A stretch of 64,000 nt of DNA from a bacterium (lineage in GTDB: Bacteria; Electryoneota; Electryoneia; Electryoneales; Electryoneaceae): assembly GCA_963675295.2 (NCBI GenBank), contig CAXXKJ010000002.1, forward strand, positions 1,312,001-1,376,000, read 5' to 3'. The stretch's first letter is position 1, and the number at the start of each line of letters is the position of its first letter. This document shows, one piece after another, positions 45,586 through 55,377 of this stretch. The notes beneath the pieces were generated by a model, which saw only the letters and a list, made by a program, of their open reading frames with translations, had not been told where the DNA came from and searched no databases. The position numbers and the translations under genes were made by a program.

Positions 45586-48500
45586 TCACCTCGAAAACGG
45601 TCCCTTCTCCGGCATCGGCGGCAGTTCGCGCGGATCATCGGCGATACGGCGCAGCGTGTTCGCGATGGCGGCGTCCAGTTGCGGATCTTCGCCACGCATT
45701 TCGCTGCCCGGATCGTTGATGATGTACTCTTCCGCCGGGACACCCTTGCCTTCGATGATCCAGTTGCCGTCCAGCCCCCAGCCGCCGAACTCGGGGACGA
45801 TGGTCCAGCTGTTGTCCACCGCCGGCCGCCGGTTCCAGAGCCAGATCCAGCCGCCGTAGGTGCGCGTGCCGATCAGCACCCAGTCGTCCAGCAGCGTGGT
45901 GTTGTAGGCCATGGTTTCGCCGTCGGAGAACGTCGCGCCATTGATCAGCACCGACACGTGCCCGAAGTATGACCCGTGCGGCTTGGTCTGCCTGCCACCG
46001 TAGCGTGACGATTGCAATGCGAAGATCGGGCTGGTCATTTCCTTCATGATCAGTTCGGCGACATTCCCGCCGGAGTTGTAGCGATCGTCGAGGATCATCC
46101 CGGGCCGGCTCTTCTGCGGGTAGTAGTTCTTGCCAAACTCTTCCATGCCTTCGCTGGACATGTCGGGCAGGTAGACATAGCCGACCTTGCCGTCCGACTT
46201 GTCGTCGACATAGTCTCGCTTGTCTTTCGTCCACTGCAGGAAGCGGATGGTGCGTTCGCTGTTCAGCGCCGGCACGATCACCTCACGCGCATCGACGAAG
46301 GACGGCTTCTCGTTGAGCGTCAACGCGACTTCGTCGTGGCTCTGGTTCTGCAGCAGACGGTACATGTTGTCGTCCGCATGCAGCCGGCGCCCGTTGATCG
46401 CGAGCAGGTACGTTCCCGGCCCAGTCTGCGGATCGGAAAACGCAACAGGTGATGTTCCGCTGCGAGTGCCCGGTTCGGGGTTGAGCACGCGCGTGATACG
46501 GTAGCAGTCGTTGCGCGGATCGGGCTCGACGTCGACGCCGAGGTAGCCGACCGGGGCGGTTTCTGGACGGGGACGGTCGCCGCTGCCGACGAACGCATGG
46601 CCGACACGCAATTCCGCCGACATTTCGCGCATCAGGTCCTGCAGGTCCTGGCGGGTGGTGATGCGGTCGATCCACGGGCTGAAGCGCTCGAGCACACCGG
46701 CCCAGTCGATGTCATGCATATCCGGATCGTAGAAGAACTCGCGCTGCTTGCGCCACGCCTCGCGCAGGATCTGCGCCCACTCTTCGCGCGGGTTGGATTC
46801 GATGTCCCAGCCGTCGGTGTTGATCTGGCTGTCGCCGTCCATGGACAGCGAGGCGGATGCGGCGTCTCCATGATACCAGGATCCGTGCGCCCGCACGACA
46901 AGCGTCGAGCCGTCGCCAGAGATTTCGTAGCTGCTGATGCCGGACGCGACTTCGCTGGATTCCCGGTCGCCGAGGTCAAATGCGCGCAGGGTGCTGCCGG
47001 AATAGCCACGCAGATCGTTGCCGCCGATCCCGCCCTGCTGCCGTTCGATGAAGTACAGCTTGTCGCCCGCGACTTGCAGGCCGCTGTAGTTGCCGGGCAG
47101 TTCCGGGAGGCGGACCATGCGCTCGTTGATCCCGTCCCAGTCGATCACAATCGGCTCCACGGTGTCATCGTCGTCCACATCCTCGTCATCGTCGCCGGAA
47201 TCGTCATCCGGGGAGGGAATCCACGGCGCGTCCGGGATGCCGCTGTCGGCTTCGTCACCGCGTGCGATGAACGGGCTCGGTACATCCTCACGCAGCCGGA
47301 ACAGCGCCAGGGTGCCCATCCGGTCAAACAGGAACGTGCTGTGCGAATAGTTCTGGTATGGGTTGTAGTTGCGGTCGGTGACGCAGTACAGGTAGCGTCC
47401 GCTCGGGTCCCAAGCCGGCGCGTAGGTATTGAATCGGTTGTCGCCGAGGGTGTGGGTATCACCGGTCTCGAGATCGTACACCTCGAGATGCGCTTCTTCT
47501 TCTTCACCGACCTCACGCACGAACGCCAGGTAACGGCTGTCCGGCGACCACGTGTACTCGCTGAATTCCCAGCCGCCCTCGGAAACCTCGGTACGCTTCC
47601 CGGATTCCACGTTCACGATGTACAAAACTTGCTCGCCGGAATCGTAGGCGATCCACTTGCCATCCGGGGAGGGGGTGATGTTGTACTTCCAGTCGTTGAG
47701 CGGCTTGCTCTCGATCAGCTCAAGATCACCGTTCGGGTTGTCGAGTCGCACGATCCGGTCTTCGCCGGTTTCGTCGGTGATCAACACCAGGGTACCGTCG
47801 CCGTGGGGTAGAAAATGCGGCTGCTTCTCGCGGCTTCCGCTGCGGTAGGTCCACTGTCGAATGATCCCGTTCCCGTTCACCGGCAGCGTGAAGATGTCGC
47901 CGCGGCTGTCCACCGCCATGCGGCTGCCGTCCTCATTCAACCACCATGAATCGACGTAATCGTTCGGATCGATGAAGCGCTTGTTGGAGGTTACCAGGTC
48001 GCTCGGGACCAGCAGGTCGGGGACGCTGAGCTGTCCGCTGCCGATATCGAACACGGTCAGCTCGAGGCCGTGCAGGAAGACGATCTTGCCGTCATGCAGC
48101 TTCGGCGTGCGGGCGTCGAAGTCGGTGAACTCGGTCTCCGCACGGTTGTCCGATCCGTCCGGCAGCATCGAGAAGATGTTGTCGCGGCCGTTGAGGTCGG
48201 TGATGTAATAGATCCGGCCGTCGCTGTGCCACATCGGGTGGGATTCGTTCATCTCGGAATGGCTGATCAGCTCGAACTGAGCGTCGTCCGTCGTGCCCAC
48301 CCAGATCTTTTCCGCCCCGCCGCCGTGATACTGGTTCCACACCTGGAAGGCTCGCATCGGCTGTAATGCGACCCGTTCACCGTCCGGCTCGAACGCGATC
48401 TGCGCGCCCCGCAGATACGGCATCTGCTCCGGGAAACCGCCGTTGACGCTGACCGTGTACAGCTCCGGCGCGCGGTACGGCGGCACACGATCCGCCTCGA

Positions 48501-48930
48501 AGATGACGTCGCCGTCCGGTGTGAACCCGACAACCCTGTCGCTGGACCCGTGGTAGGTCAGCTGCTTCGGCTGGCCGCCGTTTGCCGGGATCACGTACAC
48601 GTCGTCGTTGCCGTAGTACTCGCCGGTAAACGCGATCCACTGGCCGTCCGGGCTGAACGCCGGGTAGCGTTCCTCTCCCATGTGTGAGGTCAGGCGGGTC
48701 GCCAGGCCGCCGTCGAGGTCCGCGATCATGATGTCGCCGGAACTGGAGAAGACCAGCGTGCTGCCGTGCAGGTCCGGGTCACGGAGATAGCCCTTCTCGC
48801 CGGCCAACGGGCCGTTGGGCTGCGCGCTAATGACGGCTGGCAGGGTTAACAGAACCGCGAGCATGAACAGGACGATGACGGTGGCCAGTTTCGACACCGT
48901 CGCGCGAGTGGCAGAGGTAGCACGTGGCAT
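45586..48930 (-). CDS. Tricorn-like S41 protease (two propellers, PDZ, catalytic domain)
   Basis: PD40 repeats (FSPDGQWIAF), LRVGHA, GYVYLPDM, RYNSGG, FSDGE, GTRTYGG, IEGKGV, DPQLD. Confidence 0.93.
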   Translation of the reverse strand: MPRATSATRATVSKLATVIVLFMLAVLLTLPAVISAQPNGPLAGEKGYLRDPDLHGSTLVFSSSGDIMIADLDGGLATRLTSHMGEERYPAFSPDGQWIAFTGEYYGNDDVYVIPANGGQPKQLTYHGSSDRVVGFTPDGDVIFEADRVPPYRAPELYTVSVNGGFPEQMPYLRGAQIAFEPDGERVALQPMRAFQVWNQYHGGGAEKIWVGTTDDAQFELISHSEMNESHPMWHSDGRIYYITDLNGRDNIFSMLPDGSDNRAETEFTDFDARTPKLHDGKIVFLHGLELTVFDIGSGQLSVPDLLVPSDLVTSNKRFIDPNDYVDSWWLNEDGSRMAVDSRGDIFTLPVNGNGIIRQWTYRSGSREKQPHFLPHGDGTLVLITDETGEDRIVRLDNPNGDLELIESKPLNDWKYNITPSPDGKWIAYDSGEQVLYIVNVESGKRTEVSEGGWEFSEYTWSPDSRYLAFVREVGEEEEAHLEVYDLETGDTHTLGDNRFNTYAPAWDPSGRYLYCVTDRNYNPYQNYSHSTFLFDRMGTLALFRLREDVPSPFIARGDEADSGIPDAPWIPSPDDDSGDDDEDVDDDDTVEPIVIDWDGINERMVRLPELPGNYSGLQVAGDKLYFIERQQGGIGGNDLRGYSGSTLRAFDLGDRESSEVASGISSYEISGDGSTLVVRAHGSWYHGDAASASLSMDGDSQINTDGWDIESNPREEWAQILREAWRKQREFFYDPDMHDIDWAGVLERFSPWIDRITTRQDLQDLMREMSAELRVGHAFVGSGDRPRPETAPVGYLGVDVEPDPRNDCYRITRVLNPEPGTRSGTSPVAFSDPQTGPGTYLLAINGRRLHADDNMYRLLQNQSHDEVALTLNEKPSFVDAREVIVPALNSERTIRFLQWTKDKRDYVDDKSDGKVGYVYLPDMSSEGMEEFGKNYYPQKSRPGMILDDRYNSGGNVAELIMKEMTSPIFALQSSRYGGRQTKPHGSYFGHVSVLINGATFSDGETMAYNTTLLDDWVLIGTRTYGGWIWLWNRRPAVDNSWTIVPEFGGWGLDGNWIIEGKGVPAEEYIINDPGSEMRGEDPQLDAAIANTLRRIADDPRELPPMPEKGPFSR

Positions 48931-49018
48931 GAGCAGCGCTCCTTCCCGGACTGGTTGACGTTGACGGTAGGACGGGGGAGTATAGGGCTGCGTTACGGTT
49001 TGAGCCAAGCACCGGCAA

Positions 49019-49048
49019 TAAAAAAGCCACGGACTGAAGCCCGTGGCT
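49019..49048 (-). terminator. Intrinsic terminator / REP-like hairpin
   Basis: Minus strand AGCCACGGGCTTCAGTCCGTGGCTTTTTT. Confidence 0.75.
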
Positions 49049-49074
49049 GAGGAGTCTGTTGTCGCGGTTCGCTG

Positions 49075-49189
49075 TATCTTTTCTTGCTGTTTCTATCTTT
49101 TCTTGCTGTTTCTATCTTTTACTTTCTTTTCCTATCTCTTCCTGTCTTTCACTTTCTGTTGCTTCTGTTGCTTCAGTTGCGTCTGTTGC
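49075..49189 (-). repeat. 3'-UTR tandem array: 4 nonamers then decamer-like units
   Basis: GCAACAGAC GCAACTGAA GCAACAGAA GCAACAGAA, then AGTGAAAGAC AGGAAGAGAT AGGAAAAGAA AGTAAAAGAT... Confidence 0.92.
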
Positions 49190-49196
49190 AGGTTTT

Positions 49197-51689
49197 TTAA
49201 AACAGCACCTGCGTCGCCATCAGGTACATCGCGAACGCGACCATCATCAGGCCTTCCCCGGCGATGAATCCGGACGCCATGGACGCGCCGAACTTGTCGG
49301 CCCGTTCGGCGTGACGGCGGCCGTAGAGGTAGAACACGAACGATCCGAGCCACATCGCCATCGAGTAGACCGCGGGCACCATGAAGGCGATCCCGAACGC
49401 GACCGGGCTCGGCAGCCACGGGCTGATCTTCTTGAACCTGGCGTGGATGATCGGGAACAGGATGCCCATCCCCGCGCCGACCAGCGCCGCCCACAGCGCA
49501 CCCGGTGGGAGGGCGTCCACGCCGACCGAGAGGATCTCCGCCATCTTGTACCACGCGTACACCGCCGGCCCGGGGAACTCGGGTCCCGGGATCTCATAAA
49601 CCGCTGACAGCACCTTGAACGTACCTGCCGCGGCAAACACACCGGCCCCGACACCGATAATCTGGCTGATCACCTGCCGCCGGATCGACGCCTTGAGGAT
49701 GTACCCCGCTTTGAAGTCATGCATCAGGTCGCCGGATTGCGACGCGCCGGAACTGGTTACGGCAGCCGCCATCAGGTTGATTGCCATGTTCGCTGGTGCA
49801 AGCGCGGCGTAAATCGCCTGGGTAATCTTACCCATTGCGCCGACCGGGTTGATGTCGGTTTCGCCGGTTGCACGCACCGCGATGGACGCCAGCAGCAGCG
49901 ACATGATCACCCCAAGAATCCCCATCCAGATCGGAATTTCGAACAGGTACCAGGCGAGAGTGACTGTGATCGCGGTGGCGATCGTCATCCCGATAATCCA
50001 CCATGACATCGGGTACGGGTCCGGCGCGTCCGGTTCGCCGTCATCGTCAGCTGGGTGGGCTGCTCCCTTGGCAACACCCGCAAGGCTGGAGAAGGTTTTC
50101 AGGACCGTTCTCCACTGCAACGCCAGCGCGGTCAGAGACGCGGTGATCATCACCGCAACCCCGGGCCACAGCACCCAGTTGAACCCGGCGCGGTACGGGC
50201 TGGTGGTGTCGGGCAGGCCGATGGTGAGTGTGCGCTTGTGTTCGTTGGACTCCAGGTTCAGCTCTTTCAACGTCAGCAGCGGTTTTTCTTCTTCCAGCAA
50301 CTGACGGGTCTCGGCCAGCAACGCATCCGCCCGTGCCCGCACCTGTTCGGCCGCGTTCGTGGTGATCCCTTCCGCGTCCAGCCGTTCCGCGACTTCGATG
50401 TAAGGCCCGGAAATCGCGTCAAAGTTCGACTCTCCATACCGGATCGCCGTCATCGACTCCCGCGCCAGATCGGCACGTAACTGGAACAGCAGGTGTTCGA
50501 CGGGTCGCTCTGTCTGCGCCTGTTTCGCGAATGCGCGCAGGCTGTCGAGGTAAGAGGTATTTGCGCCGGCATGGACGAGCAGAGCAGCTGCGGCGTCCAG
50601 GTGCGGTTTGGTCGCGGCCTGCTTGTCCGGCAACTCGGTTTCGGACAACGTTCCGTCCTTTGCCGCGGCAATCAGGTCATCGCTTAACGAATCATACAGG
50701 TTGATGATGTCGGACCGGGTGTACTCCGCGATCACGGTACCGACTGTCCAGCCGTCACGATTGTCCGCGATCCGTTGCGCACGGAACAACTCGTCGTCCA
50801 GGTGACGCCGCAGCTCCGCCTCGGCGGAGGACGGCTCCTTCTCCGATGCTCCGGCTGCTTCAGCGGCCATTGAGGTTCGCACCTGCGCCATGTCGGGCAT
50901 GATCTCGACCACGCCCTTGTTGATCAGGATCGGAGTGATCACCGCCCACGCGATAATCGCCCCGCCGAACAACGACCAGCCGACCTTCGGCCCGATCAGA
51001 ATCCCCGCGCCGAACATCATCGGCGACAGGTTCAATCCCAGCGAGAGCTGGTACAACGGAACCCCGAGAATCGCCAGCGTGAACAACCCGAAGTCGTCAA
51101 AGCCCAGCACCTCGAACGGCGACAGACCGATCGGTTCGATCAGGTACAGCAGCTTCAACAACGCCGCACCGATTCCCGCCCACAGCAGCACCCGAGTCTT
51201 CTTCACCGCTTCCGCGCCGGAGGCGAACATCGCCTTGATCGTCTCGGCGGTCGCGGTGCCGGTCGGGTAGCGCAACTTTTCCACCACCACCATCTGCCGC
51301 CGCAACGGGACCGCGAAATGGGAGCCGAGGAAGGCGACCGACGCGCCCCACGCGAGCAGCATCGCGAACGACAACGGCTCGAGCCCGTTGTTCGCCCGGA
51401 TCATCTCCAGCGCCGGGATCGCGGAGACAAATCCACCGGCGGAGGCGAGTGTCCCGGCCGACGATCCACCGGTCGCGGAGATCAGTGTTTCCTTGGGAGT
51501 AAACGGTCGCGACTTGATCGTGCTGAACAGGGCGAAGCTGATCACCGCGGAGGTAATCGCCGCGCCGAAAGTCCAGCCGATTTTCAAGCCGATGGCGACA
51601 TTGGATGCAGCGATCAGGCAACCGACAAACAGTCCGGAAACGACGGCTCGCACCGTGAGTTCAGATGACGGGGGTCCGGTCTTGCTCAT
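49197..51689 (-). CDS. OPT-family oligopeptide transporter with large soluble insertion
   Basis: ELTVRAV, GLKIGW, LRYPTGTATA, GETDINP, DLMHDFKAG, ASGFIAGEGL. Confidence 0.9.
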   Translation of the reverse strand: MSKTGPPSSELTVRAVVSGLFVGCLIAASNVAIGLKIGWTFGAAITSAVISFALFSTIKSRPFTPKETLISATGGSSAGTLASAGGFVSAIPALEMIRANNGLEPLSFAMLLAWGASVAFLGSHFAVPLRRQMVVVEKLRYPTGTATAETIKAMFASGAEAVKKTRVLLWAGIGAALLKLLYLIEPIGLSPFEVLGFDDFGLFTLAILGVPLYQLSLGLNLSPMMFGAGILIGPKVGWSLFGGAIIAWAVITPILINKGVVEIMPDMAQVRTSMAAEAAGASEKEPSSAEAELRRHLDDELFRAQRIADNRDGWTVGTVIAEYTRSDIINLYDSLSDDLIAAAKDGTLSETELPDKQAATKPHLDAAAALLVHAGANTSYLDSLRAFAKQAQTERPVEHLLFQLRADLARESMTAIRYGESNFDAISGPYIEVAERLDAEGITTNAAEQVRARADALLAETRQLLEEEKPLLTLKELNLESNEHKRTLTIGLPDTTSPYRAGFNWVLWPGVAVMITASLTALALQWRTVLKTFSSLAGVAKGAAHPADDDGEPDAPDPYPMSWWIIGMTIATAITVTLAWYLFEIPIWMGILGVIMSLLLASIAVRATGETDINPVGAMGKITQAIYAALAPANMAINLMAAAVTSSGASQSGDLMHDFKAGYILKASIRRQVISQIIGVGAGVFAAAGTFKVLSAVYEIPGPEFPGPAVYAWYKMAEILSVGVDALPPGALWAALVGAGMGILFPIIHARFKKISPWLPSPVAFGIAFMVPAVYSMAMWLGSFVFYLYGRRHAERADKFGASMASGFIAGEGLMMVAFAMYLMATQVLF

Positions 51690-51957
51690 GGGCCTCCTTG
51701 GCCGGGTTTGGTGAAAAACAGTATTCGTTCTACGAACGCTAAATGTTAGTAGTTCCTAACACACGAGCAAGAGAAAAGGTCGGATCTCGGGAGTTTGTTT
51801 CGGGATGGGTCTCTGGTGGGTGAACGAACAGGATGGGAGTTGCTTGCTGCGTGAGCCCGTACCTCTTGCATCCGTGGGGAGAGAGGGATACTATCGGAGC
51901 AACTTTCGACGGCGGGGAGATTGCCAACAGGACAGGCGGACTGTGAGACGAATTCCG

Positions 51958-52761
51958 GTGAACTTGAAGAAGCTGAAGATGATCGGCGGCCCGTGGCTGC
52001 TGATCGTGGTCGGGGCGTTGAGCCTGCTGGGCGTGCTGGTGTCGCTGTTCACCCGCCGCAAACGATCACCCGCACGAAAGCCCGGTACGAACGAGTCCGC
52101 CAACTCGTTGACAATCAAGATCTGCTGCATTCAGAACGCGCGGGAGGCCCGGCTCGCGTTGAAGCACGGCGCGGACTACCTCGGCCTCGTCTCGGCGATG
52201 CCCTCCGGTCCGGGACCGATCACGGATGACGAGATCGCGGAGATTGTCAGCAGCCTCGAGGACGCGCGTCCGGCGGTGTTGCTGACCAGCCTGAACGATG
52301 TCGACATGATCGTGCGCCAACAGGGCAAGACCGGCGCACGGATGCTGCAGCTGTGTACACGGTTGTCATCCAACCAGCTACGTGAGTTGCGGGTCTGGCT
52401 GCCGAACATCAAGCTGATGCCGGTGGTGCATGTCTCCGGCCCGGAAGCGGTGACGACCGCGCGTGAGCTCGCTCCGCTCGCCGATATGCTGCTGCTCGAC
52501 AGCGGCTCGCCGAACGCGAAGGTGCCGGTGCTCGGCGGTACCGGCAGGACGCATGACTGGGAGATCAGCGCGGAAATCGTGCGTTCGGTCCGGATTCCGG
52601 TCTTTCTCGCCGGCGGCTTGTCGCCGGACAATGTTGCGGAAGCGATCGAACGTGTTCGTCCGGCCGGTGTCGATATCTGCTCCGGTGTCCGTACGAATGG
52701 CGCGCTGGACGAACAGAAACTGGCGCGGTACATCAAGGCGGTGCGGGCAGTTTCGATGTAG
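51958..52761 (+). CDS. trpF: Phosphoribosylanthranilate isomerase with N-terminal hydrophobic extension
   Basis: IKICCI, LLLDS, LGGTGRTHDW, FLAGGLSPDNV, GVDICSGV; start uncertain. Confidence 0.8.
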   Translation: MNLKKLKMIGGPWLLIVVGALSLLGVLVSLFTRRKRSPARKPGTNESANSLTIKICCIQNAREARLALKHGADYLGLVSAMPSGPGPITDDEIAEIVSSLEDARPAVLLTSLNDVDMIVRQQGKTGARMLQLCTRLSSNQLRELRVWLPNIKLMPVVHVSGPEAVTTARELAPLADMLLLDSGSPNAKVPVLGGTGRTHDWEISAEIVRSVRIPVFLAGGLSPDNVAEAIERVRPAGVDICSGVRTNGALDEQKLARYIKAVRAVSM

Positions 52762-53001
52762 CCGGCTGCCTGCGTGGTTGTTGAATGAAGACTTGAGCGC
52801 ATCGTACTTGCCCTCGGGCTCCAGCCCGGGATTAGCCGCCAGTCAAGCCCCCACCGTACCCACGTCCTCGGGCTTCAGTCCGGGAAGAAAAACCGTTTCA
52901 ACGAATGGTGCCCGTGATTGACCGCCGGTCAGTTTCGGCGGCTATCGCGGGTTGTCCGTCTGGATGGTGAGATCCGTCTGGGGGATACGATCCGCCCGAC
53001 G

Positions 53002-53089
53002 TGCCCCTGTGACCCGCCGCCAGGCGGACCGCAGGGCTGATCCAGACTCGATGTGCCCCTGATGGCTCCGCCAGCAGGGCTCATCCGCC
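53002..53089 (+). repeat. Dispersed double-hairpin element, copy 2
   Basis: Matches 4455-4559 in both stems with different loop and linker. Confidence 0.8.
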
Positions 53090-53213
53090 ATTTTCTTTGT
53101 CTCACATCTCACATCTCGCATCTCAGCTCTATCCTTACACACCGCCCAGGACCCGCTCCCTTGCATCACCAGCCACCACTCGTCACTTTATTCCAACCAC
53201 ACCGGGGGATGCA

Positions 53214-54785
53214 ATGAGACGGTACCTGACACATCGCGAATATCTGCTTGACCTGGCCGTAGCGGCCATCCTTTCGCTCGCTCTTCCCACAGCACTCCAC
53301 GCCCAGCAGGAACTCTCCGGCCCGCAATCAGGGACATTGGCGGCTGGCGTGTACGACGTGATCGGCGACGTATCGGTTGCCGACGGCCACCATTGGACGT
53401 TGTCCGCCGGTGTGCACCTGCGGTTCTATCCGGGCACACGTTGCCTGGTGAACGGCACGCTGGTCGCGAATGGCGCAGAAGGTGACAGCGTCTACTTCAC
53501 GCGCTACGATGGTGACCAGGCGTGGAGCGGGATCGACGTTGTCGACTTCGCTTACATCGGCTTGGATCATGCGGTCGTGACCGGCAGCGACGACAACGGG
53601 ATCTACTGCTGGTCCAGCATCCTGAAGCTGACGCATAGTCGTGTGTCCTACAATTCAGACGACACAGAAGAAGGTGGTGGGATTTACTGTGAATGGGCTG
53701 ATTTTGACTCAGTCTTCCATTCCGATCTGACTAATAATGACGGCAGCGGTTATTATGGCTACTTTGTCACTCTCAAACTGCGTGAGTCTGTAATCGCGAA
53801 CAACGTTGGGCGTGGATTAGCGGTAGTCGGTTCTTATGTTGATTGCGACAAGATATTGTTCGATTCTAATTATAATTCTGCAGTTTACACAGGAGTATCA
53901 TTTGTTTATGCTGATAGTTGCCGCTTCACAAATAATTCAGCAGCTAATGGCGGCGCTGTATATGCTCAAGGTTCGATTTACGCAACTTATTCCCTGTTTG
54001 AGAACAACTCAGCAATATACGATGGTGGCGTCTTCTACAGACCATCTTATGGAGCAACAAGAGCAGAGAATTGTGTGTTGGTAAATAATACAGCTGGTCA
54101 GCATGGTTCTGTATTCTATTTTGATGCTTCGCAAATACGTAATTGCATAATTTCTAATAATATCGGTGATGCAGCGATTTATTCCTATGGTAATGGTACA
54201 ATACCCTACTATAACATCTTTTACAACAATGGTGAAAACATGCTGACCGAGGAACCGCGATCACCAGTCATTCATTTCGAAGAAATCACGATGGTCAACG
54301 TCAACGGCGACTCCTGCGATCCTCATTTCAACCTATTCATGGACCCTGAGTTCGACCCAGAATCCGAGGATCTATTCCATCTGCTTTCCACCTCGCCCGC
54401 CATTGACGCCGGCGATCCGGATAATCCGCACGACCCGGACAGCACCATCGCCGACATTGGCATGCACTATTACGACCAGGGCAGCGCGGTTTGGGGTGTC
54501 CCGATATCGTCTGCTCCACCAGCCGAATTCAGCATCATCCGTGCCTACCCGAACCCGTTCAATTCGACGGTGACGGTTGCGTTTATCTTGCCCGAGCCGT
54601 CCGTCGTCGAAATGGCCGTGTATACGGTCACCGGACAGCGCGTCGACACGATCCCGCTTGGCCGACGATCCGGTCAACAGGTCGTCTCCTGGACCGCACC
54701 GGACGGGCTGGCGTCGGGGGTGTACCTGCTGCGTCTGGACGGGGGAGGGATGCACGCGTCGCGGAAGGTGGTGTTCCTCAAGTAG
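53214..54785 (+). CDS. Secreted right-handed beta-helix protein with T9SS-type CTD
   Basis: NSAxxGGA repeats, SPAIDAG, DPDSTIADIG, YPNPFN...LASGVY...KVVFLK. Confidence 0.85.
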   Translation: MRRYLTHREYLLDLAVAAILSLALPTALHAQQELSGPQSGTLAAGVYDVIGDVSVADGHHWTLSAGVHLRFYPGTRCLVNGTLVANGAEGDSVYFTRYDGDQAWSGIDVVDFAYIGLDHAVVTGSDDNGIYCWSSILKLTHSRVSYNSDDTEEGGGIYCEWADFDSVFHSDLTNNDGSGYYGYFVTLKLRESVIANNVGRGLAVVGSYVDCDKILFDSNYNSAVYTGVSFVYADSCRFTNNSAANGGAVYAQGSIYATYSLFENNSAIYDGGVFYRPSYGATRAENCVLVNNTAGQHGSVFYFDASQIRNCIISNNIGDAAIYSYGNGTIPYYNIFYNNGENMLTEEPRSPVIHFEEITMVNVNGDSCDPHFNLFMDPEFDPESEDLFHLLSTSPAIDAGDPDNPHDPDSTIADIGMHYYDQGSAVWGVPISSAPPAEFSIIRAYPNPFNSTVTVAFILPEPSVVEMAVYTVTGQRVDTIPLGRRSGQQVVSWTAPDGLASGVYLLRLDGGGMHASRKVVFLK

Positions 54786-54869
54786 CAGTCTTGAGTCCTG
54801 AGACCTGAGTCTTGAGACAAATCGCGATGCCCGCGGGAGCTTCAGTTCGCTACCGCGGCTTATCCGAAC

Positions 54870-55367
54870 CTACCAGTACTTCACCACCAGTTCCTGGGTG
54901 ACAGGTTCGTTTCCGACCACGAACACGGCAGCATCCCAGGACGGCGGCCCGCCAGCTTTAACGACGGTCGAGGTACCGTACCCTTCTTTCGGAATGCCGA
55001 GGAAGTTGCTGTCGAGTTCCTCGTCCAGGTCTTCGTCGTGGAAGTAAATCAGCGCGTACTCGCCGGGCGGCACGTTTTCGAACACATGTGTCGCGGACCC
55101 GTCCACGATCTCGGCGGTTGCCAGCGCGTACGCTTCTTCCGGTTTCTTCGGGAACGTGTCTTCGCTGTTGTGCAACGCCATCATCAGCAGCCCGTCATCA
55201 TTGCGGAAGCCGTTAATGACGAAGGTGAGGTCCACGCCCGCCGAATCAGACCTCGCAGCGGCCAGCGTTTCAGTGGAAGCTGCCGTCGAGTCGGACGGTA
55301 GAGCAAAAACCGGCGACGCGAGCAGCAGCGCTGCCAGCGTCACCGGGATGAGGTATCGTGTACTCAT
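54870..55367 (-). CDS. DUF2141-family secreted protein
   Basis: PGEYALIYFHDED.DEELDSNFLGIPKEGYG, GPPSWDAA. Confidence 0.88.
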   Translation of the reverse strand: MSTRYLIPVTLAALLLASPVFALPSDSTAASTETLAAARSDSAGVDLTFVINGFRNDDGLLMMALHNSEDTFPKKPEEAYALATAEIVDGSATHVFENVPPGEYALIYFHDEDLDEELDSNFLGIPKEGYGTSTVVKAGGPPSWDAAVFVVGNEPVTQELVVKYW

Positions 55368-55377
55368 AGGCCGTAGA

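Noticed and set aside
44742-45972. ORFs with LRVLRV, CVCYV or ASVASV repeats (similar ones at 31658-32183 and 49043-49607)
   Set aside because: Translations of non-coding tandem arrays; the frame relative to neighbouring genes is inconsistent between loci
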